A stretch of 64,000 nt of DNA from an uncultured Paludibacter sp. Its GTDB lineage: Bacteria; Bacteroidota; Bacteroidia; Bacteroidales; Paludibacteraceae. The notes beneath the pieces are model-generated. The model was not told the origin of the DNA, made no database searches, and saw only the letters and a list, made by a program, of their open reading frames with translations. This document shows positions 10,520-18,997 of the stretch, in pieces. The position numbers and the translations under genes are program-made. Position 1 is the stretch's first letter. The number at the start of each line of letters is the position of its first letter. Where the stretch lies: positions 21,305 through 85,304 of the forward strand of contig CAXXUM010000002.1 in the NCBI GenBank assembly GCA_963664445.2. The letters run 5' to 3'.

Positions 10520-10542
10520 TACGTCATGTATCGAATGTATGT

Positions 10543-13393
10543 TTATTCCCAGTCGCTTGTTGGTTGGCAAGTGCATACCAGGTTGCGATCACCAAAGGCA
10601 TTGTCAACACGTGCCACATTTACCCAGAACTTGTTTTCAGCTACCCATTTCGTTGGATAAACTGCTTTGGCTCTGCTGTAAGGATGATTCCAATCGTCAG
10701 ATACAATTGAATATTCAGGGTGTGGAGCGTTTAATAATACATTGTCAGTGGCATCAGCAGTTCCTGTTTCAATTTCTTTTATCTCGGCAAAAATTTGCAG
10801 CATTGCTTCTGCAAATCTATCCAATTCAGCCAGCGACTCACTCTCGGTCGGTTCAATCATTAGCGTGCCATGCACAGGGAATGATAGAGTAGGAGCGTGG
10901 AAGCCATAATCCATCAATCGTTTGGCGATATCGCCTTCTGTTACGCCCGATGTGGCTTTAAAGTTGCGCGCTTCCAAAATTAATTCGTGTCCGACACGTC
11001 CGTTTTCGCCGGTGTAAAGTATGCCGTAACTATCTTTTAGTTTTGCAGCCAGGTAATTGGCATTTAAGATAGCAATTTTTGTAGCCTGAGTCAACCCTTT
11101 TTCGCCCAACATGCGGATGTATCCGTAAGTAATCGGTAAAACGCTTGCACTGCCGTTAGGAGCAGAAGAAACGGTGTTTTCACCGTTAGTCTTGCTTGGC
11201 AAAAATGGAATTAAATGCTCAGCCACACAGATTGGCCCAACACCAGGACCACCGCCACCATGGGGAATGGCAAATGTTTTGTGTAAGTTTAAATGGCATA
11301 CATCTGCGCCTATCGTTCCCGGATTGGTCAGACCTACCTGTGCATTCATATTTGCACCATCCATATAAACCAGTCCACCATTATTGTGAATGATTTCACA
11401 CATATCTTTGATGTGCGCTTCGAAGATGCCGTGTGTAGAAGGATAGGTAATCATACAGCCGGCTAACTTATCTTTGTTAGCTTCTGCTTTTTCTTTCCAG
11501 TCGGCTAAGTCGGTGTTACCACCTTCGTCGCATTTTACCACCACTATTTCAAAACCTGCCTGATGAGCTGAAGCAGGGTTGGTTCCGTGTGCCGAAGCAG
11601 GAATCAGAACGGTGTTACGTTGTGTTTCATTGCGCGATTTGAAGTATGAACGTAAAGTCATTAATCCTGCATATTCACCGGCTGCGCCCGAGTTAGGTTG
11701 TAGGCTGCAAGCAGCAAATCCTGTTATTGCGGTCAGGTATTTTTCTAATTCTTCTATCAGTTCATTATAGCCTTCGGTTTGATCGGCCGGTGCTAATGGG
11801 TGCATGCCCCCGAATTCGGCACGACTAAGTGGAAGCAGTTCAGAAGCAGCGTTCAGCTTCATGGTACACGATCCTAATGAAATCATTGAATGGGTCAGCG
11901 AAATGTCTCTGCGCTCCAGTTTCTTGATATAGCGCATCATTTCTGTTTCGCTATGATATTTTGTAAAGACTTCGCTTGTCAGGTAGTCCGAAGTTCGTTC
12001 CAAACTTTCGTCGAACGATTTCAAATCTTCCAGGTCTTCCTCATCTGCATACACAGGAGCATTGTCAGCTGCAGTTGCAAGTATTTCAATCAATGTGTTT
12101 ACATCATCAATGTCGGTTGTTTCGTCAATGCTGAGTCCGATTTCCCCTGTTTCGAAATAGCGGAAATTTACTTCGTATTCCAATGCAATTGATTTAATTG
12201 TTTCCGCTGAAATGTCTTCGGGCAAACTGATTTTCAAGGTGTCGAAGAAGTTATCATTTTCTTGCGAATAACCGTATACCGGCAAAATTTCATTAATATA
12301 AGTGGCAATGGCGTGGATACGTTGCGTGATTGCTTTTATGCCCTGAGCGCCGTGGTAAACGGTATAACAACCGGCCATTGAAGCTAATAAAGCCTGTGCG
12401 GTACAGATATTTGAAGTTGCTTTTTCGCGTTTGATATGTTGTTCGCGGGTTTGTAGAGCCATGCGCAGTGCAGGTTTACCGTTCACATCCTTGCTGATAC
12501 CAATAATCCTGCCGGGTAAGTCGCGTTTAAATTCTTCGCGTGTGGCAAAATAAGCTGCCGACGGACCGCCAAATCCCATTGGAATTCCCCAGCGTTGTGT
12601 TGATCCGAATACAATGTCAGCTCCCCATTCGCCCGGAGGTGTGAGTAGCGCCAGACTAAGAATATCAGCTGCCACAGCCACTTTACAACCTGCTGCGTGA
12701 GCTTCGGTTACAAATTCGGCGTAATCTTCGATGTTACCGTTTGAGTTCGGATATTGAACAATGGCACCATAATGTTTCTCGGTAAAACGAAGCGTTGAGT
12801 AGTCGCCAATTTCCAATTGAATACCTTGCGCTTCGGCGCGTGTATGAAGTACAGCCAATGTTGATGGCAAATACATTTTTATCAACAAAAAGAATGTTGG
12901 CAGTAGCTTTTACCTGGTCACGACTGCGAAGGTTAAGCATCATGGTAGCGGCTTCAGCAGCTGCAGTAGCTTCGTCCAGCAGTGATGCGTTGGCTAGTGG
13001 TAATCCTGTGAAATCGCTTACTGCTGTTTGGAAATTCAATAAAGCTTCCAACCGGCCCTGAGAAATCTCGGCCTGGTAAGGTGTGTAAGAAGTATACCAT
13101 GATGGGTTTTCGAACACGTTGCGTAGGATAACCGCAGGTGTGCAGGTATCGTACCAACCCTGACCAATATATGTAGTGAATAATTGATTTTTAGAGGCAA
13201 TTTCTGCAATATGCTCGGCATATTGTCGCTCGGTAAGTGCTTCGGGTAATTCGATATTGTTCGTTAAGCGAATGGCTGACGGAATGGTTTGTTCTATTAG
13301 TTCATCCAGCGTATTAACGCCAATAATTTGAAGCATTTGGGCTTCGTCTTGTTCTGAAATGCCGATGTGGCGGGCTTGCAGCAAGTTTTTCAT
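10543..13393 (-). pseudogene. gcvP: Glycine dehydrogenase (decarboxylating), glycine cleavage system P protein, split by a frameshift
   Basis: ORF 12734..13393 matches the GcvP N-terminus up to NILFVDKNVF. ORF 10543..12888 continues from PSTLAVLHTRAEAQG to the C-terminus. The two pieces overlap in different frames and the break is at about 12866-12871. Confidence 0.9.
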
Positions 13394-13422
13394 GTCGAAA
13401 ATTGTTTTGTTTTTTTGTGCCC

Positions 13423-13430
13423 CAAAAGTA
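13423..13430 (-). promoter_or_regulatory. -7 box (TACTTTTG) for gcvP
   Basis: 30 nt upstream of ATG 13393. Confidence 0.5.
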
Positions 13431-13638
13431 CTGCAATCTTTTGTAAAATGACTAATAATCAGCGAAAAGATATCAACAAATAGTTGGTTTTTTTTGTCGG
13501 TTTCAACCTGTTACTTTTCAATGAAATAAGTGATAATTAATTGCCAAAAGCACACGTATATAATCAGTTTTTAAAACTTTTTTAAACCAATTGAATACTG
13601 GATTGTTTATAACGATATAAATTTTTAAACCAATCACT

Positions 13639-14269
13639 ATGCTTCGTGATATTCGTAAACAATATGAATTCTCTGCTTTGAATGAAGAAAACAGTCATTT
13701 GAATCCTTTCGACCAATTTAAAATATGGATGCAGGAAGTCCTGGAAAGTGACCAATCGGAACCTACCGCCATGATTCTTTCTACCGTTGACAGTCAGCTA
13801 CATGTACATTCGCGAGTGGTGCTGCTTAAAGAATTCAGTGCGGTTGGGTTTACTTTTTATACTAATTACGAAGGGCATAAGGCACAGCAAATAGAACAAA
13901 ACAAGAGCGTTTCATTGTTGTTCTTTTGGCCGGCTCTGGAGCGTCAGATACGGATTGAGGGAGTGGTTGAAAAAATAGATGAAAAATCATCCAGCGACTA
14001 TTTTAAGTCGCGTCCGCTGGATAGTCAACTGGGGGGCGTGGGCTTCGCCTCAGAGTAAAGTGATTCCGTCGCACGATTTTTTAGACGAACAATTTCAGGC
14101 TTATCAGTTGAAATTTGGAAACGATGTTCCTAAACCACCACATTGGGGAGGTTTTATTGTGAAACCAACTAGTTTTGAGTTTTGGCAGGGACGCACTAAT
14201 CGTTTGCACGACAGGTTGTTTTATCATTTTGAAGAAGGTGCCTGGATAATTTCAAGATTAGCGCCCTGA
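13639..14269 (+). pseudogene. pdxH: Pyridoxamine 5'-phosphate oxidase PdxH, split by a frameshift in a G6 run
   Basis: ORF 13639..14058 ends in ...SRPLDSQLGG. ORF 13979..14269 continues with GAWASPQSKVIP...RLHDR. The frames join at the G run 14031-14036. Confidence 0.9.
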
Positions 14270-14356
14270 CTTCATTGATAACAGTCAGAACCAGTGGTCA
14301 ATAGGCGGGCAATTTAGAATGAAAATGTAGTTTAATGTTTATTGGCAATTAAAGAG

Positions 14357-14364
14357 TATCTTTG
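14357..14364 (+). promoter_or_regulatory. -7 box (TATCTTTG) for the DEAD-box helicase
   Basis: 27 nt upstream of ATG 14391. Confidence 0.55.
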
Positions 14365-14390
14365 CACCGCTTATTAAACAGATAATAAAA

Positions 14391-15725
14391 ATGAATTTTA
14401 CGGAATTAAATCTCAATGCACCTTTAGTTAATGCATTGAACGACTTAGGAATAACAAAAACTACAACCATACAGGAAAAAGCTTATCCCGTTATTATGTC
14501 CGGTAAAGATGTGGTTGGTATAGCTCAAACAGGTACCGGTAAAACCATTGCCTATCTTTTGCCCTGCTTGCGTCAATGGAAATTTACAAAAGAAAGACAT
14601 CCCCAAATTTTAGTTGTTGTTCCTACCCGCGAACTTGTAGTTCAGGTAGTGGAACAGGTTGAGAAACTTACTGTCTACATGAATGTACGCGTAGTAGGTG
14701 TTTTTGGTGGTGTGAACATGATTCGCCAAACTCCCTTACTTATGGAAGGTGTTGACGTATTGGTTGCCACTCCCGGTCGCTTGTTGGATTTTGCGTTGAA
14801 CGGTACATTGAAATTGAAATCGATTAAACGGTTTATTATCGATGAGGTTGATGAGATGTTGAACCTCGGTTTTCGTCCTCAACTAATTCGCGTTATCGAT
14901 TTATTGCCTACAAAACGTCAAAATCTGATGTTTTCGGCTACCATTTCCGAAGAATTAAAAGATTTGGTTCACGATTTCTTTGTGGAACCTGTTGAAATAG
15001 AAGCTGCTCCAACGGGAACTCCCCTGGAAAAGATCAAACAAATTGGTTTTAAAGTGCCTAACTTCTTTACGAAAGTAAACCTGTTAGAATTTTTGATGGA
15101 GACTACTCCGGAATTCTCTAAGGTACTTGTTTTTACCTCCACAAAGAAACTGGCCGATGCGCTTTACGAGCAATTGGAGCCTAAGTTTGTTGGTCAGATT
15201 GGATTAATTCACTCCAACAAGTCACAGAATAATCGTTTCGAGTCCCTGAATAATTTCAAGGCCGGATTAAACAGAATGCTTATTGCTACGGACATTGTAG
15301 CGCGTGGACTGGATATCTCTGATGTGTCGCACGTGCTCAATTTTGACGTGCCCGAAGTGGCCGAAAACTATATGCACCGTATCGGTCGTACCGGTAGAGC
15401 GGATAAGAATGGTGTAGCTATCACCTTTATCACCAAGGCGGATACCGAATTCAGAGCCAGCATTGAGGCATTGATGAACAAGAAGATTCCAATCGTGAAG
15501 ATGCCTTTGGAGGTTGAAGTTTCAGCCGTATTGACGGATGATGAATTGCCACAGGTAAAAATGAAAAATACACTTGTAACCCTACCTAAGAAAGAAGAAG
15601 GCGGTGCTGCATTTCACGAGAAAAAAGGCAAAAACCTAAAAGTAAATATGAAGGTCAGACGTCCGGAAGCCATGAAGCTGAAATACAAGAAACCTAAAAC
15701 AAGGGGACAAAAGAAAACAAAATAA
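14391..15725 (+). CDS. DEAD-box ATP-dependent RNA helicase (RhlE-like) with a basic C-terminal tail
   Basis: Motifs AQTGTGKT, PTRELV, DEVDEM, SAT and HRIGRTGRA are present, followed by a Lys-rich tail. Confidence 0.9.
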   Translation: MNFTELNLNAPLVNALNDLGITKTTTIQEKAYPVIMSGKDVVGIAQTGTGKTIAYLLPCLRQWKFTKERHPQILVVVPTRELVVQVVEQVEKLTVYMNVRVVGVFGGVNMIRQTPLLMEGVDVLVATPGRLLDFALNGTLKLKSIKRFIIDEVDEMLNLGFRPQLIRVIDLLPTKRQNLMFSATISEELKDLVHDFFVEPVEIEAAPTGTPLEKIKQIGFKVPNFFTKVNLLEFLMETTPEFSKVLVFTSTKKLADALYEQLEPKFVGQIGLIHSNKSQNNRFESLNNFKAGLNRMLIATDIVARGLDISDVSHVLNFDVPEVAENYMHRIGRTGRADKNGVAITFITKADTEFRASIEALMNKKIPIVKMPLEVEVSAVLTDDELPQVKMKNTLVTLPKKEEGGAAFHEKKGKNLKVNMKVRRPEAMKLKYKKPKTRGQKKTK

Positions 15726-15750
15726 TTTACGCATTGCTTTCTAAGCAAAA

Positions 15751-15797
15751 CAGGGGGAAATACACATTTAAATGTATTTTTCCCTGTTTTGTTTTTA
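15751..15797 (+). terminator. Terminator after the DEAD-box helicase gene
   Basis: CAGGGGGAAATACA...TGTATTTTTCCCTG followed by TTTTGTTTTT. Confidence 0.7.
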
Positions 15798-15941
15798 CTA
15801 AATGATACCGGGTGCCTGTTTACGTTTTTGAACATTTATTTATATCTATTGTTTTATAAGTTGAATTCCTGTTTGCCCATACAGCCTAACTATTAGATGT
15901 TTGGCCTGGAAGATAGAAACTATAATATCAACTTAAAAGCA

Positions 15942-17408
15942 ATGAATATGAAAAAAAAATTACTTAGTTTTATACTGGTTTTTTGTACAGTAATATTTGT
16001 CTCTGCTCAGGATGCGGTCTCGAAAGTGCCTGTACAAGGTGAAGTGATTCCCAATACGCATTGGTCTGTTTCTCTAAAAGCCGGAGGGAGTTATTTCCGA
16101 ACCGGGGGCATGCAGTATAATTATGCCCGTCCTTTTTTTACCAGAAGCCGACTCGATTTTACAAGTGTGGTAGGTGGTACTGTTGAGTACACCTTTACAC
16201 CGGTCTTCGGACTCGGTCTCGATTTGACCTATACCGGATATAGCCGGTGGAATGATCTGAACGAAGACAGAGTCAGAGACAATTATTTAAACGGTAACAC
16301 CAAGGATGTTGCCTTGTTCGGATCGTTTAATCTTTCCAACATTATTACTCCCAAAAGAACCGGTTTTTGGGAAAAGCTCAGCCTCTATGCCAATCTGGGT
16401 ACTGGAATCGCCTTTTACAAGTATGATGTTTCAGGACATCTTGCCCATCCGAGTTCTTTTTTGGCTCTCGGAGGGTTGAATCTGGAGTACAATATCAGTA
16501 AATCGTTTGCTATCGGAGGAGAAGTGCAGTACCGCTACTATGCCAAAGATGATATGGGGTATTATCCCAATTATCAGCCTACTGGCTTCTGCGATGCAGC
16601 TCTTGTCACGCTGAATGTGCGATATAAAATCAATGCTACCGGTGCGAAGAAGCACGTGCGAAATATTAATGCACTCGAATATGTTCCTCTGGATGCTGAT
16701 AACGATGGAATAAGCGACTTAAAGGATAAATGCCCCGATACTCCTGCAGGAGTGAAGGTCGATTCGGTGGGTTGTCCGGTTGACTCGGATGGCGATGGTG
16801 TGGCCGATTATCTGGATAAGTGTCTGGATACTCCTGCCGGCGTAAGCGTCGATTCAGTGGGTTGTCCTGTCGATACCGATGGTGACGGAGTAGCCGATTA
16901 TCTCGACAAATGCCCTGCAACACCTGCAGGCGTTAATGTAAATGTGCAGGGTTGTCCGATTGATACGGATGGTGACGGTATTCCCGATTACCTCGACAAA
17001 TGTCCGACAGTGGCAGGAGTAGTAGCTAATCATGGTTGTCCCGAAGAAGTGGTTGCTTTACCACCATTCCCAACAATAATGGGAGTTTCGAACTTTAAAA
17101 TCGGATCGGCAACGATTAAACCGGTTTTTGTTCCAATTCTGAACGGTCTGGTTGATTATTTAAAAGCAAATACAAATGCAGTGGTCGATTTACAGGGCAA
17201 TACCGATAGTACCGGTAGCGATGATCTGAATCAACGATTATCCGTTAAGCGTGCCAAATCATGTGCCGGCTATTTGGTGAAGAAAGGTGTACCTGAAAAT
17301 CAAATAACGACTCAGGGATTCGGTGAGAAAAAACCGATTGCCACCAATGCCACTGTTGCAGGCAGAGATAAGAACAGACGTTGTGACTTTGTTATCAGTC
17401 GTAAATAA
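15942..17408 (+). CDS. OmpA-family outer-membrane protein with thrombospondin type-3 repeats (intact paralog of 8832..10395)
   Basis: Signal peptide from MNMKKKLL, an N-terminal barrel, four or more [15 protein letters not shown]-type repeats and an OmpA C-domain (NTDSTG...NRRCDF). The start at ATG 15942 was chosen because of the signal peptide. Confidence 0.85.
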   Translation: MNMKKKLLSFILVFCTVIFVSAQDAVSKVPVQGEVIPNTHWSVSLKAGGSYFRTGGMQYNYARPFFTRSRLDFTSVVGGTVEYTFTPVFGLGLDLTYTGYSRWNDLNEDRVRDNYLNGNTKDVALFGSFNLSNIITPKRTGFWEKLSLYANLGTGIAFYKYDVSGHLAHPSSFLALGGLNLEYNISKSFAIGGEVQYRYYAKDDMGYYPNYQPTGFCDAALVTLNVRYKINATGAKKHVRNINALEYVPLDADNDGISDLKDKCPDTPAGVKVDSVGCPVDSDGDGVADYLDKCLDTPAGVSVDSVGCPVDTDGDGVADYLDKCPATPAGVNVNVQGCPIDTDGDGIPDYLDKCPTVAGVVANHGCPEEVVALPPFPTIMGVSNFKIGSATIKPVFVPILNGLVDYLKANTNAVVDLQGNTDSTGSDDLNQRLSVKRAKSCAGYLVKKGVPENQITTQGFGEKKPIATNATVAGRDKNRRCDFVISRK

Positions 17409-17409
17409 T

Positions 17410-17669
17410 TTACTAACCTGAATTCGGGATAAGTTATGTTTCAAATAGTTGGTTTTCAACTTTCATTGCCGTCACTTTTAAGTGACGGTAATGAATTTTT
17501 ATTTCCGGGTCGGCTTTAGCCAAAATGCATAGCTGAAATGTTTGGCTAAAGCCAGCTATTTATTATTATTCTTTACCGCCCTTTAAAAAGGACGGCAATG
17601 AATAGCTTTGACAATCAGCTTATTTGAAAATGTAACAACCATTTTCTTATCCCGAACTCAGGTTACTAA
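17410..17669 (+). repeat. About 260-nt degenerate palindrome directly after the OmpA/TSP3 stop codon
   Basis: Outer arms 17410-17433 and 17646-17669 match at 22 of 24 positions. Inner hairpins lie at 17462-17495 and 17511-17553. Segment 17571-17602 is a degenerate inverted copy of 17462-17495. Confidence 0.7.
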
Positions 17670-17670
17670 G

Positions 17671-17725
17671 TATTCACACAAAGAAGAGGATGTCCGTATT
17701 GGACATCCTCTTCTTTGTGTGAATA
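17671..17725 (+). terminator. Perfect 25-bp stem / 5-nt loop hairpin
   Basis: TATTCACACAAAGAAGAGGATGTCC gtatt GGACATCCTCTTCTTTGTGTGAATA, followed by CATTTTAT. Confidence 0.55.
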
Positions 17726-17736
17726 CATTTTATAAC

Positions 17737-17990
17737 TATCTGTTTTGTCACCTAAGTGTAATGGTTCGGTATCGGTCGACCTCGTCTGGTGAACCGAAAA
17801 ACAAGTGAAGTTGGCGGTTAAAAATCGTCCTGTTTGAGTCCCGACGTATTTCGTCGGGGCGAGTTTGGACGATTTGAGCCAACGAGCGTAAGTTTTTCGA
17901 GTGAGGCAGGCGGAGTCTTGACTTTTTTTGCTTCCTTTTTTGCGTCAAGGCAAAAAAGGAAGTGGGGTTTTAGGGGCAAAGCCCCTGATT
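17737..17990 (+). repeat. Structured repeat family, copy A (candidate ncRNA / RNA-structured mobile element)
   Basis: Aligns with copies at 20929-21190, 21588-21808 and 61624-61836 (reverse). Nested stems and a pseudoknot-capable 3' part; see findings. Confidence 0.8.
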
Positions 17991-18053
17991 AACAAAAGTG
18001 AATACAACAACAGCAATATACTAAATAATCATGTAATGCTAGTTTCTATTCAT

Positions 18054-18335
18054 TTAAATCGACAATTTATCCTTCCCAATAATGGTGTTGCGGACTTTCA
18101 TTATAAATATATACGTGATAGGGAAGAGCGATAATAAATTGGCCCAGATAAGCGGACCGTCGTGCAGAAGTATTCCATAAACCATCCAAAGTGTAATACA
18201 AACTACCACTATACAATACATTATAAGTGAAATGCTGTGCGTGTCTTTCGACCGAAATACTTTTATTGCTTGAGGAAATTGATTTAATACCGATAATAAA
18301 GAAGCCATGAAACCTACGGATTCAACTACAGTCAT
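18054..18335 (-). CDS. SemiSWEET / PQ-loop family small membrane transporter
   Basis: About 93 aa with three TM helices and a PQ motif (LNQFPQAIKVFRSKDT). The internal ATG 18335 is preferred over the ORF-track start. Confidence 0.6.
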   Translation of the reverse strand: MTVVESVGFMASLLSVLNQFPQAIKVFRSKDTHSISLIMYCIVVVCITLWMVYGILLHDGPLIWANLLSLFPITYIFIMKVRNTIIGKDKLSI

Positions 18336-18425
18336 ACGTGTGATTTTTTTAGGTGAATGATTAGGCCGTAAAAATACAAAAGATATTTGATAAAACAACT
18401 TAGTGTCACTCTGCCAATAACAATA

Positions 18426-18507
18426 AATTCACAATTCACAATTCATAATTCATAATCGTTGATGGGGAGTTCAATAATTATGAATTATGAATTACAAATT
18501 ATGAATT
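18426..18507 (-). terminator. 31-bp AT-rich hairpin (AATTCATAAT-type) one nt after the stop of 18509..18880
   Basis: Arms are 18426-18456 and 18477-18507. All four non-Watson-Crick positions become G:U pairs only on the minus-strand transcript. Confidence 0.6.
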
Positions 18508-18508
18508 A

Positions 18509-18880
18509 TTAGCTGTTAATCGTGTCCGTAATCTTCTCCGTTCTAATCATAAAATACCGGGCGAAATTCTCATCCGTCATATGTTCAATCAAGTCTTTTT
18601 GCCAGCCCTTAGCATCTTCTGACAGTGCCATCAATTTCTTGTTGTTTTCCAAATGGTCAGGGTCTTTTTTCTGAAACTTAGCCATATCGTGAAAAGCTTC
18701 CAGCCACTTCTCGTACTCATCCAAAAAAGCCGATTGCTCCTTTGTAAGTACAATATCTTCCACTTTATCTTCAATTATTTCTGTTAGTTTTACAGCACCG
18801 CTTGCTGTAAGTACCGTTGCACTCGCTATCAGTCCCAGCTTTTTTAAAAAATCGCGACGCTTATATTCATATCCATCCAT
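18509..18880 (-). CDS. Small hypothetical protein with a twin-arginine (Tat) signal
   Basis: The N-terminus has KRRDFLKKLGLIASATVL. No recognisable catalytic domain. Confidence 0.5.
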   Translation of the reverse strand: MDGYEYKRRDFLKKLGLIASATVLTASGAVKLTEIIEDKVEDIVLTKEQSAFLDEYEKWLEAFHDMAKFQKKDPDHLENNKKLMALSEDAKGWQKDLIEHMTDENFARYFMIRTEKITDTINS

Positions 18881-18997
18881 GCTTTCTCTGTTTTTTTGTG
18901 TCAGACTTTTCTACAGCAGCTGTATCGTCCGGTTATTTATTAATTGCTATTATTATAATTCTAAATTGTTAACTATCAACTGTCAATTGTCAACTGA

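Noticed and set aside
17748-17948. Small ORFs overlapping the structured repeat copies (17748..17948 -, 21594..21830 -, 21688..21912 +, 61577..61780 -, 61587..61916 +) that share peptide strings such as GASAPNP.LLFVLTQKVSKKVKTTPASLEKLTLSWLK
   Set aside because: The shared peptides only reflect nucleotide identity. The reading frame is not maintained between copies A, B and C/D. The indels are not multiples of three and there are no plausible start contexts. The substitution pattern preserves base pairing rather than codons.
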